Source: Octopus vulgaris (taxonomy: Eukaryota). From it: a stretch of 64,000 nt of DNA. Under the pieces are notes generated by a model that was given only the letters and a program-made list of their open reading frames with translations, did no database searches and was not told where the DNA came from. The position numbers and the translations under genes are program-made. Positions within the stretch are counted from its first letter, which is position 1, and each line of letters starts with the position of its first letter. The stretch is taken from positions 108,004,001-108,068,000 of the forward strand of contig OX597815.1 of the NCBI GenBank assembly GCA_951406725.2, read 5' to 3'. This document shows positions 40,573 to 54,655 of the stretch, one piece after another.

Positions 40573-40729
40573 TAACCTATAAGGTGTTTTTCTTCCCATG
40601 CTTTGCTGCTACTTGATTTGATCACTATTTAAAGTAACGATCTTATCCTTTTATATATATTTATATATATATATAGTGAATCCAAACAAAGAATAACAAA
40701 TAAGAAAAAACAACAATGCAAGGACGTGG

Positions 40730-40772
<43 letters not shown>

Positions 40773-41304
40773 CACAAGGACTTGGTAGAAGTACTGTATT
40801 ATCAGATGCTCAGGAAAGGAAGGAAAGAGGATTTAACGTTTTGAACCTTGCTTTTCTTCAGAAATAGGGGAAAGCCTAAAGGAAGGGAAGACGGAAGAAG
40901 ATAATCGCCAACAATACATACATGGTTACATTTTGAAAGAAATGGTATCTCTTGGATGTTATGGTTTGACTTCATTATTATAACTATATATATATATATA
41001 TATATATCTGTGCTATGCTAAGAAGCCAAGCATAGTACCAGAATTTCGAACTTTAGTCAAATATAACAAACTACTCCAAACTGTTGTTAGAGTATCTACA
41101 TAAGTGGAAGCTATACTGGCTAGTTTGTATTGGTACTGAGTCATAAGAATGAAGTCAAAACAAATAGTGATGTTTGAATTGACTTAACAGAGGTAAGTTT
41201 ATGTAATGGATGCATTTTCTATTATATATTATGCAAACCTGAAATGTATGTATTAAATGATTTCAAAATACCACTATTTGGTTTGACTTCATTATTATAA
41301 CTAA

Positions 41305-41349
<45 letters not shown>

Positions 41350-41559
41350 ATACATATACATGTGTCTGTGTATTAATTTTATATAATAACTATATGAACA
41401 AAATAAGTTACAAAACAGAACTAATAGTTTTACCAGGCATGCCCGCTAAGAGTATTAAGATCTGAAACATTTTCTGCAAAATGGCCGTGGAAGAAGTGAG
41501 TTGTATCAAGTAAGTATGTCAAGAATGTAAATAAAAAAAATTATCAAAATTTTTTGATG

Positions 41560-42050
41560 AAAATATATTTAGTGTAGAGGTGATAACTTGGGTTTAGTAT
41601 CCTGATAAAAATCGAATTCAACCATCGTCAATCTTTTTGATTTTATGCTTTATTTAGACATGAATTTATGTAAACCCTTCTATAAGCTCAACAAAGAACT
41701 CACATTATTTCTGTGCATTTAGGAATAATACTACAGGCCCACTCAACATAGAGGCTATTGCATGCGAAGCAGGAGTCAGATCCAGAGCTGAACAGTATAC
41801 AGTCTGAAATGTTACATTAGAATGATGGAAGGTTTGTTACAAAAAGAATACATAAGCAATCACACTGCCTCATTCAGGAACTACAAGAAACAGAACATCA
41901 CAACACTGACCAAATATGTATGGTCTTTGAAAAAGAAAGTTGCAAATTATATTAGTGGGAGATTATCACAAAAATGCAAGGCTTATTCCAACAACAACAG
42001 AAAAGTTTTACCAGATCATACTGGGAAGGTTTAGAACATCTCTGGGGCTG
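41560..42050 (+). pseudogene. Penelope-like element RT-thumb and GIY-YIG endonuclease relic
   Basis: IVNLFDFMLYLDMNLCKPFYKLN (cf. VNFLDVTL...YKPYRKPN) and CYIRMMEG...SNHTASFRNYKKQNITTLTKYVWSLKKK...KCKAYSNNNRK (cf. YIG.TE..FK.RY.NH..SF.....NST.LSKYIW.LK). Confidence 0.75.
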
Positions 42051-42060
42051 CATTGAAACA

Positions 42061-42472
42061 TCTGTATATATAAAAGGCAGGGTGTGTGTGTGTGTGTGTG
42101 TACGTGAATGTAATTTATGCATATCCACAAATTAGCTCGCATGTCACTCCAATTTTAGGAGGACATTCGTCATGATCCTTAGCTGTATTTTCGTCGACTT
42201 ATTTTTCACAGAGGCACCAGCGAATAACAGTAAAAAAAAATTTTCGACCAATACTTTTAACAATTTTCAAGTCAGAGAAATTACCATTGTTTGCAAACAG
42301 AAGTTAATCCCCTTCTAGCAATGAGTAAGGTTTTGTTAAGACTTTTGTTGAGTTTTTTCCCATCGAGGAAAAAAGTGCTTTATTGATATATGGGCAACAC
42401 ACACGAACAAGTATGCATACAAAAAACATGTATGCCAATAGGTGTATGTATGTGCATGTGTGTATGTGTTGC

Positions 42473-42514
<42 letters not shown>

Positions 42515-42632
42515 CAATTTCAACAGATTTCGCCCAAATTTGACGTCGATGTTACTTAGTTTGGTTTGAAATAAATAACTTGATTAGCTTAATAATTCTA
42601 ACTTAATCCCAGGGAAAGCCGGGTTATACTGG
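42061..42632 (+). mobile_element. Non-autonomous Helitron
   Basis: A|TC 5' end (tctgtatatataaaa); 3' GC hairpin cccagggaaagccggg then CTGG|T (CTRR); no TSD. Confidence 0.7.
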
Positions 42633-42784
42633 TAATATATGATATTTTATTTCCTATTTTTGCATATAATAGTGTGTAGTATAACTGTCTAAATAGATCT
42701 GGAAGACAAATAAGTGTTCAACAACATTTTAAATTAAATTAAGATATTACTAAGATATTACTGCTAAAATTCTTAAGTATTTAA

Positions 42785-45070
42785 CCTCTTACCCAGTGGA
42801 ATTTTGAAAAAAAAAACAATGCAAAACCAGGCAAATTACTTTTTTTGCTTATGTTATAGTATATTTTATGGCGTTGCTCAGGAGAGTATTAGAATTTAAA
42901 CATTGTATATATTTATGTAAATTTTATATGTTATCATTGTTATATTAGCAAAAACAAGGTATCTTATCTTCTATAAAAAAATAGTAAAATAAATTGAAAA
43001 AAATTAGGAAAACTGTTTTGAATAAAAAAAAAGAGATAAAATAAAAGCAAAGAAACATTACTCTCTTTACTTGCAGTACTTCTCTTTCATTACAGGATTA
43101 GTTTGAATGAAATGCTTCAAAATATGGAGTTACACATAATGGAACTTTGCAAATTTTACACATATAACGGGATTCTTTGCGAACTGGCTTTCTATAGGCA
43201 TCCCAATTTTTCACACATTGCGCACACTTTCTTGTGGGAAATTTCTTCTTTTCTGTGGGAAGAATATCCATGGGAAAATGTCCAGATGAATATTGAGTAG
43301 GGTGAGATGAAGATGGTCTTCCAGCCCATTGACATCAATATGATTTTCTTTGAAGAGGGAATCAATAAGCTCAAGTCTATATTTCATATGAGACATTGGT
43401 TTTGCTGTGGCTCCATTCATTTGTGTCAATGAATCTTTATAAAGTATGTATGAATTCCATATTGCCAAGTCCATCCTCTTCCCGCGTTTTGGGGGTATGA
43501 AGTAATCAACCAAATGTTAGTCGAGTTTGTCAACTCCACCCATAGGGAAGTGGTAATCATAAACCACTTGTGGCTTTATTATCTGTTTCCTTGGAATGCT
43601 TACATCTATCATAGATGGATTATGAATGGTAGGGGTCATAGTAACACCTTTTAGTATCCTTCGATATTAGTGCCATCACCTTTCCTCTTTGAAAAGCACA
43701 AATTTCACCATTTTGCAGCCTTGCTTGCTTGATTGCTTTTGGCAAATCCTCTCTTGTGAGATGTATTGTTCCTAGAAAATTTCTAATTAGCAACTAAAAT
43801 ATCTGGTACTTCTGGATAAGCATAAAAATTGTCCACAGTTAGGCAATATCCTTTTCTCAACAAAGGTTCTACAGGATTCATCACTATTTGTGGTGGCATA
43901 GTAAGATCTTGATATTTGTTACCAATTTGGGTCCCTTTCCACAATAAATCATAAATTTCCACACAAAGCCAGTGTCAGATTCACATTACATGAAATATTT
44001 AACTTCAAATCTATTCCTCCTCAAGGATAAATATTGAACCCAACCCAATCTGCCTTTTGTATAACATGAGATTCTCATCAATAGAAATGTCTCGTGTCAG
44101 AGTGTATAAACTCTAGAACTTCTCTTGTGAGCATAAAGTATATATCATATATTTTATGCAACTTATGATTTGAGTGACTTGCTTCATCATAAGAGTCATT
44201 ATCAACGAAATGTAGATATTGTTTTATCTTACAAAACCACTTCAGAGACATGACAGTTCTAAATTGGCTGTTCAAGAAGTGGATGTTTTGACCAGTGCAT
44301 TTCCAAATTTGGTGCCTTTATAATACATTGAAGCATGTTTACAGCAAAAAATAAACATATTTTACCTGACTGTAACAGAGTGCCAATTCTTATCTCTTGG
44401 TGAAGTTTATTGTGCAAATATATTTGTCTCACTGCACACAATGTCAGCTAAATCATCATCAAAACAAAGGGAAAAAAAATCAAGAGAAGTCATTTCCAAT
44501 GCATCACCATCAATTGGTATTCCTGGGTCTCCAATGAAAGGAAATGGTTAAGGAAAAGGCACAAGATTATCTCCAACAGGAAGCCAATACCATTGCCTAG
44601 CAGCAAGCAAGGCATCATCATTATTATCATCCTCATCTAAGAGAGTAACTTCCAGATCCTATTCACTTGCACTAGAATTGGAAGAGTCAAGATTAGCAAA
44701 ATCCACATCATCAATTTTACTGTTGCAGCTCATTTTAAAAATAAAAAGCAAAAATGCAAAGCATGTCCTTAGAGTAAACAAACATATGTACATATGTGTG
44801 TGCTAATGATGAATGACTGGTAAGTGCTATGATGCAAGACATGAGTCATGGGACTGAAGTGAGAGCATGAATGGCATGATGCACTGCCAGATGTATGATT
44901 AGGACAAACATACTCATTTATGCCTAAAAAGCTCTGTAGAAGAATTGAGTTAGATGCGATATTCTGTCCCAGCTATTATAAGTGACTAACTTTTGGACGA
45001 GATATTTTGTCCAACTCTGAAAAAGGTCAAACATGCAAAAGGAGATATCTTGCCATTGCCAAGTAAGGGG
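42785..45070 (-). mobile_element. Full-length degenerate piggyBac transposon
   Basis: TTAA TSDs at 42781-84 and 45071-74; ends CCTCTTAC/GTAAGGGG; minus-strand transposase from ATG near 44733 (acidic N-terminus, PFIGDPG, QYLHFVDN, SDTGFVW.FMIY.GK, KGYCLTVDNFY, KPQVV.DY, DLAIWNSYILY, C-terminal Cys-rich domain near 43100-43230), with many stops. Confidence 0.9.
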
Positions 45071-46084
45071 TTAAACAGTTTGACTCTCTTAGGAATATCG
45101 TAAACAATTTAGTTTAAAATGTTTCACTTCATTTTCCTAATCTGCTCAAAAGTGTACAAATTCATAATGCATTTTCTGGTTAGAATGTAAACATTCTATA
45201 TAGAAGCTGTTTTAAAGAAAAAAATTGCTTATTTTGAATATATCCATAGAAATAGAAAAAAAAGAATTATTTGCTAGTTTAACTTAGAAATAGCACAACT
45301 ATAGCTAATTTTTTCTTCTTTAACAACAAACAATTTTCACTTTACCACATGTCTTTTCAATTAGTGGATCATTAAAATCTCATACCCCAACTACCCCTTT
45401 ATTTTACACAAGCTTTATGTGATCTAATTAAACCAAATTAATCCTCTTCTAATAGCTGAAATTATTTTAACATACTATTTCTCCTTTAACTTTATCTACT
45501 TCTGTAAGGCTATAATGTATCAATCTAATGTGCAAAACAGCCACTTTTACTAATGTGTACTGATAATCCTTTCAAATATTGCTACAGTCACCATAATTAT
45601 TATTTCAAAAACTTTATCAAATGTAATGTAACCTAGTTTTCAACTTTAGGGAACTGAAGATTGGACACATACGACTTAAACTGGAAAATATTAAATATGG
45701 CTAAATTTTACCATAGAAACTGAAGACTCTGCAACCATGATACAACTGAAGACTATAAAATAATCTTTGCTAAGAACATCTTATTTAATTGGCATTTTGT
45801 AAGTATAACCTTTTTGTAACCATAAAAACTATCAAAACTTTTAAATACTTTCAACCTTTCTCATATCCTCAACAGGTAACTGCAGTGATTTTTACATGCT
45901 GAGCAATAGACTCTGACTAAACTTATCTATCAAACACTTTACACATATATTCATTTATTGATGAATGTAATATATAATTTTCTATATATATTTTCACCTG
46001 ACATGCTATCTTTAAATTTTGTTTTTATTGGCTGTGCATTCTGTATTTGTAAAAGTTTTGCAGTACTTACTCTAATCCTAAATA

Positions 46085-46206
46085 TTAGGTTGAGGAAAAA
46101 GTTTGTGTGCTGTGTTAAAATAATGCTTTTTTATATATTTTTGTGGTGTGTGTGTTCATTCAGTTCATCATTTTAACGCGATACACAAACTTTTCCCTCA
46201 ACCTAG
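46085..46206. repeat. Short imperfect inverted repeat
   Basis: aggttgaggaaaaagtttgtgt...gttaaaat / attttaac...acacaaacttttccctcaacct. Confidence 0.65.
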
Positions 46207-47399
46207 TACTTATATATTTCTTTACAAGTGCATCTATTTATTTGAAAATACATCTACTAATTGTATAATTATTCAATTCCTTGTGAAAATTGCACTATAT
46301 ATTTTCTCTATCTGGTACTTTCATCTTTTACCTTTCCTTAATACTTTTAGCTATCGCTTAGGTCAATCAATGTTTCTTTAAGTTTTTGCAGGTCCTTTTT
46401 ATCTTACATTGAGATTTTCTTATATAATAACACCTCTACTATGTTATTTTTATATTATCAATCATACTATTTTTATCACAAATATCATTAAATTTATTGC
46501 ATATCTTTATTGTTAATCAGTACCATTATTATAATCATCATTATTATTAATGTAAATTTTATGGACCTGAATAGTATTTCAAAACTTTATTATGAGATTT
46601 TTTTCACTTTTTATTTTAAATTTCTTTGATCATTAATGGTGTTAGTTATAAATTATACAAATTATTATTATTCATAAAAATACTATATACTTAAATATAT
46701 TTTGTATGAGATCTTATGAGTTTGATTACTACACAATTATGTGAACACATTTTTGGTTTTTGCATTGTAAATTCATATTAATTTATTCATTCATATTTCA
46801 TCAAAGTTATTGAACTAGTGACTACATTTCACACTGCTTACTATATGAATGTACCTAATTGGGGCATAATTATTTGAGCAGAATCTTTTAAATGATTTTA
46901 TTTTATATGCATGCATAATGTACACTTTATATATAAATGTGTGTGGGTGTGCATACACATATATTAACATTCAATTGTACTAGTAAACTGCTGTTGAAGA
47001 TTGCTGCTCTATGCATATATTTGTAAGAGGCTTAATTTATTAAAGCTGAGTGTATACATACATACATACATACATACATACATACATACATACATGCATG
47101 CATGCATGCATGCATACATACATACATACATATGTATGTGTATATGCGTATGTATATATGTATATATGTAAGTTTGTATTTATGTATGTATGTATGTATG
47201 TACACATACATACATATGTATGTGTATATGTGTATGTATGTATATATGTAAGTTTGTATGTATGTATGTATGTGTGTATGTATGTATGTATATTTGTATG
47301 TATGTGTGTATGTATGTATATATGTAAGTTTGTATTTATGTATGTATGTATGTATGTATATATGTATGTATGTATGTATGATATATATAAAGTTAGTAA

Positions 47400-48460
47400 G
47401 CTCAAGGCAGCAGGATCTCAGTTATTCTAAACAATGGAGAAAGGCAGATATCATGTAAAGGAGTGCCATGTTATAGGCAGGAGAATAATACCAAGAGAAA
47501 CAAAAAAGAAAATCAAGAGCTGTGTTTCTAGTATCCCAGGGGGCCTGAACCAAATGGGACTTCTCCAAGAGAAAGGTCACATGGATAGACATGTGGAGTA
47601 TAAACTCTTTCTGTGTCTCTTTCCTGCAGTGAGTGGTGTATGATGCACTTCCTACATCAACAAACCTGTAGAGATGGGCATGAGAGTAGATTGAATGTAG
47701 AGGCTTTGTCGATAATAGGTCACCCCGGTACACATTTCATCAGGGTTTTAAAACTTCACTTACCAATGATAGATATATGTGGCACAATGACAAAGTGCTC
47801 ACATTCAAGGGAGACACAAGAAACATAAGCAATAAGGGAAAACTAGACTATCAATCGTGTTCAAGAGAGAAGGAGAAAAAGCCATTGATTACTGGAAAAA
47901 GAAAATGCAGTTTACTACAATTATAGTATATGAAAGTAGATCTAGGAGAAAAACAGCAGTTCATTTTGGGTTGCCCAGACAGCTCTGAGGTTGGGCATGG
48001 CATTGTAGACTCAGATGGCAAAGATATTTCTGATTTAGTTAACAGCATAATGGGAAGGAGGGTGTGATCAAACCTTTCACTAAAAGCATATCAAATGCTA
48101 GAACCTTTTGTGGGAGTACAGGGAGAAGGAATGGCGGACATAGCTATTCCCAGTTCAGATTGGTTGCATAGATTCCTCTGCTCAGTCAGTATGGAGAATG
48201 ATTATAGCGATTAGAATAAGAGGAAAAAAGAGAAAGGCAGCTGCATCCAGGATGTGATAGATGTAGAATAAGCTTTTTGTTGGTTATAGAAGACAGATTA
48301 TAAGCTAGCAATCAGGAGAGGATGGGCAGTGATTTGGCCATTACTGCTGACCTACAAATGAGAGTATGTTAGGGTTCAGTGTTAATACACCCAATGATTG
48401 TTAGACAATGTCTGATAACATCTATTTCACCAGGTCAAAGCTATATTTACCAAAGGGAGA
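47400..48460 (-). mobile_element. Old CR1/L2/Jockey-group LINE reverse transcriptase remnant
   Basis: Degraded NHCP..LL (cf. NYRPISLL), VLAFDM..FD (cf. LDISKAFD) and LYRFVDV (cf. YSFADD) in the expected order. Confidence 0.5.
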
Positions 48461-49099
48461 TGTAATTCAAACACACACATATACATGCACGCATGTACAC
48501 ATGCAAACACACACACACACCAATCTTTTGTCTGGGTACTGAGTGCAAGCTCATAGGGATAATTCCGTACCCCTTACAGATAAAGCTAAATCACTATTGT
48601 ATATTTATCAGAAATTGTGGTGGAGAATTAATCAGAGCTAGACTGGGAGATATGAACTTGTGAGCAGAGAATCTCAGTTTCAAACGACCATGTGATATGT
48701 GTTAATGATTTGTAGTACCACAATAGGACTGTGTCAACCAACACAAAAACACATCAGAAAATATAAAAAAAAATATAAAGGTGTGATGATCATATTAATA
48801 TTAAATCAAAATGTTTAAAAGAAAAAAGTTGATAATGACAGTAATAGCTATAGTATTTATATGATAACAATGTAAGACTATAATATGATGATCATCAGCA
48901 TAATGATAACACTTGTATAAAACAAAAAAAAACAATAAAACAATGATAAAAATTATTAAAAAAATAATTATAATAATGATTATAATATTAGCAAGAATTT
49001 AAAATTTATTAATTAAAAAGAAGATGAGTAATATACACAATAGAGCTGATAAATCACATTAGACCAACATAAAATAGATTACACAATGACATGAAAAAA

Positions 49100-49400
49100 A
49101 AACGTTTCATATTTTACACAACCTTCGGTGTTGTACGAGTAAAGTTAACCAATGATGGGATCTTCATTGTAGCCAATATTTCATTGCCTGTTTCTTTCAT
49201 ATATTATCATAGTTTTGACTGATGCAGACCATATATTTACTACTAAAACATTAACTGGAAAGTCTGTGAGATTTTTTTTACTTTACTCTATGTACTGTTA
49301 CTTAGATTGTGGTGTACCTGCATGATTTAATACAAGACATTCATCTCAAGTTGCCAACAACTACAGTGTGAAGTAAAGGAAGAATAAATTTTAGAAGCTC
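49100..49400 (-). pseudogene. Possible Helitron helicase fragment
   Basis: Weak resemblance to the LK.S.LW...L..NMR...F...LL.VG segment. Confidence 0.25.
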
Positions 49401-49714
49401 ATAAACCTCCACAAATATACATTAAATATGCATTACATATCGATGGAGTTCATGCATTAGCATATGTTTGACCTATTATTGCTAAATAGATAATTATTAT
49501 TTTTGTGTAATTTAGTTACAGATTAACCAATTAATTCAATGTCTATAATTAATAACTAATTTGTCTCACTTATTAATTAAGTAGATGCTTATTATAAGCC
49601 ATAAGAGTGGCAAGTGCCCTTCTGTTTCTCACTCTAGTTGTGTTTGAATCTTGAGATGAATATCCTGCATTAAATCACACATATACATGACAATCTAAAT
49701 ACTACTAATAAGAG

Positions 49715-49878
49715 GAAGTGCAGCTGTGTAGTAAGAAGTTTGCTTCCCAACCACATGGTTCCCAGTTCAGTCTCACTGTGTGGCATCTTGGGCAAATACC
49801 TTTTACTATACCCTATACCCCAGGGCTGAATAAATCCTAGTGAGTGGATTTGGTAGTCAGAAACTGAAAGAAGCTTGT
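49715..49878 (+). mobile_element. SINE family B, 5' part
   Basis: gcagctgtgtagtaagaag...agttcagtc...cttgggcaaata. Confidence 0.75.
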
Positions 49879-49879
49879 A

Positions 49880-50052
49880 TATATATATATATGAAAGAAG
49901 TTTGTAAATGCAATTTTAAAGATGTTTATTCATTTAACCACTTTCACTTTTTAGAAAAAGATTGACAATCTTTTTCTAAAAAAGTGAAACCAGTCAAGTA
50001 AATAAACATCTTTAAAATTGCATTTTCAAACCTTTTTTCATATATATATATA
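49880..50052. repeat. (TA)n-flanked palindrome carrying an HHR 3' half
   Basis: Centre tttagaaaaagattg-a-caatctttttctaaa; GAAA-CCAG-TC at 49986. Confidence 0.8.
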
Positions 50053-52029
50053 TTTCCACTCGTGCAGTACATTACAACTTCCCGTTGTTATTTATATATA
50101 TACATGTTCAGTTCTATATTTAAGAGATGAGAAAAAAGACACTAATAGAATAAGTGCCAAACTTTAAAAAAAATGTTCTGATTCGTTTCAACTAAAATTC
50201 TTCAAGGTGGTGCCCCAGCATGGTCGCAGTCTAATGACTAACACAAGTAAAAGATAATATACATGCAGTTTGTTCATCACTTGTTGATCATCCCATCCTT
50301 GCCAGGCAACTTCCACAACAGAATCTTTTTTATTTCATGTCAGACCATGTCTTTTCCTCTTGATCAGTATTGATAAAGTAAAGTTTTTGTTTTTCCATTT
50401 GGTGCATAGATGTAGAGATGCTCTGTGAGGGTTTTTCAACTCTGTTACTCTAACGAAATTCCTTACACACATGCATAGATACACACACACGCACACACTC
50501 ACGCAAATACATGTACTCAGCATAAGTGATGTACATTTAGAGAAAGAGAGAGAGTGTGTGGCAAATACATAGAGAGTGGGAAAGTTTACAACAAAAAAGC
50601 ATAGAGAAAAGCATAAATGACAGAGATAGACAAATAAAGAGAGAGAGAGAGTTAGTGAAGTGGGGTCCTTTTCTGCTGCTGTCACAGGTTTTGAATTTGG
50701 TATATTGATGTACTTTTTCATGCTGAATCTGATTTTGTGATTCATTTATCCCAGAAAAAATTTTTCTTTAAAATGTTACAGAGGTTTCAAGTTTGATAAT
50801 TTGTACCCAATCAGAAAACAGGATTTGGAAGGTAGCATTTTCTGCAAGATAACTGTCACAAAATACAACAATGAAGTTTTAAACAAAATGAAAGCAATTC
50901 CATGACATATCAAGTGGGAGAGGGGGCAGCAGTATATGTGAGAGATATACATATGCAGAGAGAGAGAGAGAGAGAGAGGGAGGGAAGCGAGAGAGAGGAA
51001 GAGAGAGAGAGAGAGATAGGCCAAGACAGATAGGGAGTGGTGGATTTGATGATCTAAAAGTCAAGTTATTTCTTGTAGCAAATTATATCTTTTATTAATT
51101 ATAACTGAAAACCTTGCTATTGGGATGCAGATTTCAAAAATCAAATCTGTCCTTGTGGATGCATGCTGTTTCAGAGCCTTTCTGTGACATATCCATACAC
51201 ACACATACACATACACTATCAGATATAAGTGATATAACCTTGTCATATGGTCTGTGTTGGTGTATAATCTACTTTATGTTGGTCAAAGGTGGTTTATTAG
51301 CCCCATTATGTATACTTTTAATACTCTTGTATTTTTAAATCAATGAATTTTAAATATAATTTTCAAGCACCGTTGCTGCTAATATTGGTATTATTAAAAA
51401 GAGGAAATATGGTCATTTGATCAAACCAGGAAATTACTTTACTTCTTTTCAAACCAAATGGGCTGTAACCTAATGACCAAACTTAGAAAGTTTGAAAGGT
51501 TGAAATGCAAGAGTAGGTACCATTATACAACAATTCAAAAATGGTACAAAACAATTGTTGCAATTTGCAATAATTCAGTGAAAAGGAATATATTTTACAA
51601 AAGAAAAAGAAAAAAGAGAAAGAAAAGAAAAAGAGCCTCAATTGGTTGCATACCACAAGGTTCACCAGAACCTATTGAAGCAAGCCAACACACTTGCAGC
51701 ATTACCAAATGATGGTTCTAAATGTTTACGTATGTCACATGAATTATTGCTGTATTATTTTAGGCTTCCATTCATTCTTTACTCTTTTACTGGTCTCATC
51801 AATCGCTAAATTGTGGTCATGTTGAACTATCACCTTCAAGTGTTTTGAACACGGTGACCCGTATATATTGTTTTGTACAATATCATCCATTGATTGTATA
51901 AAAGAAGGACAAGTTGAATTTGGTGTAAAGGGGCATAACTTGTTTGAAACTTAATAATACAAGATATCTATGTTTGGTGCATCAGTTACCTTTCTCTCAC
52001 ACCAATACACACATACATATATGGTAAAG

Positions 52030-52361
52030 AGTAAAGATCTCCTTTGGTCATGAATGACCATGGCATTGCACCTAGTGAGTTACCCTCCAAGGCACAAGTG
52101 TAGGAAAGGTTGTTTTATGGAAGACCAGCAGTCACCTATGCATACCAGCCTCTCCCCTTCACACCACTGGTGTTACCCAAAGGAAAGGCAAAAGCCGATA
52201 CAGCTTGGCACTAGTGACTTCGCAACTCATTTCTTCAGAAGAGTGAACTGGAGCAATGTGAAGTAAAGTGCCTTGCTCAAGAACACAACACAGAGCCTGA
52301 TCTGGGGATCGAACTCACTACCTCATGATTGTGAGCTGAACGTTCTAACCACAGAGCCATG
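52030..52361 (-). mobile_element. tRNA-headed SINE family D (V/CORE-like central motif)
   Basis: Head tggctctgtggttagaacg...gagttcgatcccc; cttgagcaaggcacttta; related copies at about 59700-59830 and 690-820. Confidence 0.75.
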
Positions 52362-52720
52362 TCATCATCATCATCATCATCATTGTTTAACGTCCACCTT
52401 CCATGCAAGCATGGGTGGACTGTTTCACAAGAGCCAGCCAGGCAGAAGCCTGCATCAAATTTCTGTGACTGCTTTGGCAGCATTTTACAGTTGGATGCCC
52501 TTCCAAACACCAACCACTTTACACTGTGGACTGGATGCTTTTAAGTGGCACCTGTGCTGACAGGGGCACCAAGTACTTGCAAGACAAAGAAAAAAAAACT
52601 TTTAAGAGGGGAGAGGCATCGGAAGAAGTGATCTTGTGTTGGATGATGAAAGACTATAGTGAGACAGAGAGACAGAAACAGGTGTCTTTCTGTGGGGGAA
52701 GTATAAGGTTACCCCCGGCT
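52362..52720 (-). mobile_element. Family A RTE-tail repeat, diverged
   Basis: (cat)n tail plus body. Confidence 0.7.
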
Positions 52721-52721
52721 G

Positions 52722-52755
<34 letters not shown>

Positions 52756-52774
52756 TATCAGTAATGAAAACACA

Positions 52775-52808
<34 letters not shown>

Positions 52809-52902
52809 ATAATAATTTGAGGGAATATTATTCCTAACTTACAGGAAAAAATTCAATTTAGAAATACTAAATCAAATTTCACAAAATATAATATATATAT
52901 AA

Positions 52903-54655
52903 AAATTAGAAAAAAAACACCTTTTATCAATTTATCAATTCAAAATGAACAATTAAATTACACCATCTAGAAAATTACATATAATAGAAATATTAAAAAT
53001 AAAATAACAATAATATACTGATGATTAAGTAATGTGCATCTATTTGTTTGCGCAAAGTCTTCACGCGTTAAATTTTTATAAACGCTAAGAACTATTTTTT
53101 CACGTTTAAAATTCAGTTACATTTTTCCTTCGGCAAGCTAACATTTTATTGCTTATCAATATTATTTGGATTTTGAATTGTTTTGTGTTTGAAATTATTA
53201 TTATTATTATTGTTGCTGAAATATTATTATTTATATATATAGTTTCTTGATAGTTATTAGTTATGATATCTATTTATTTTTATAAAGGGATTTAACGTTT
53301 TAAATATAATTTAATTTGAAAATTAGTTTCGTTAGGTAATATTTTTATTAAGTAGTATTACATTTAAGTAAATTAATTTTTATATTAATTAATATTTTGT
53401 TCAACTTTATTATCGTGTGAAATATTAAACCTATAGATACTACATATATATTAATAATATAGTTAGTTTATATAATGGGTTTGTGTATATTTGAACAATT
53501 TCCTATTTTTTATTGTATTATTCATGACTAGTAATAGCATTGGGTATATTAATAAGACGCTAAAACCTATTTTTATACATTTAAAATCCAGATAGATTAA
53601 TTTAATCGATAAACTTCGTAACATTGTTTGTTTATCGATATTATTTGGATCTTGTATTATACTGAGTTTGATTGTTGTTATTATTATTATTATTATTGTT
53701 ATTGACTGGATTTGTAGTGGACTGTCGGTTGTAGTTGAATGTCTTCATAGTGTATTGTTCATTTGTTCTAATATTTTTGCACCTTTCTTTAATTTAAGGG
53801 GCCTAGATGTTTTTCTTACTTTTCATTAGTAAATAATTTTCGCCATTATATCATTTTTATATATATTGATAGTTATAAGTTATGATAGTTATTAATTATT
53901 ATATCTATTTATTTAGAATGATTTATTATTTTTTTATAAAGGGATCTAACATATTACATTTAATTTAATGTGTGAATTAATTTTGTTAGACAATATATTA
54001 TTTAATAATTAGGTGGTATATTTATTAAGTAGTATTAAATTTAAGTAAATTAGGTTTTATATTAATTGATATTTTGAGTGATATATTAAATCTATAGAAA
54101 CTACACATATATATTAATTATATAGTTAGTTTATTTAAGGAGTGTGTCTATATTTGAACCATTTCTTATTTTGATTCCAATATTAATGGCTTGTACTAGC
54201 ATTGTGTATATTAATTAATTTTAAAGTATTGTATAATTTGAGTATTGTATTTAGTTTTCACTTAATGTATATTTAGTATCGTATATATATATATGTACAG
54301 ATAGATAGATATCTATTTTAAAGAATATATTTATATTTTGAAAGATTATTTACCTATATTCAATAATTAATTATTTTATTATTGTAGTTTATTTTTAACC
54401 TGATGAGTGGCTATATTTATATCGAAGTGATTTTACTACTACTATTAATATTTTTACTATAATCATTTCTTAAATATAACCACGAAACACGTGTCATTAT
54501 TCTACCAAATATATACGTTTTATTTATTATTTTACACATTAATTAATCATCGGTATATTATTGTTATTTCATATTTAATATTTCTATAATAGGTAATTTT
54601 CTAGATGGTGTAATTTAATTGTTCATTTTGAATTGATAAAAGGTGTTTTTTTCTA

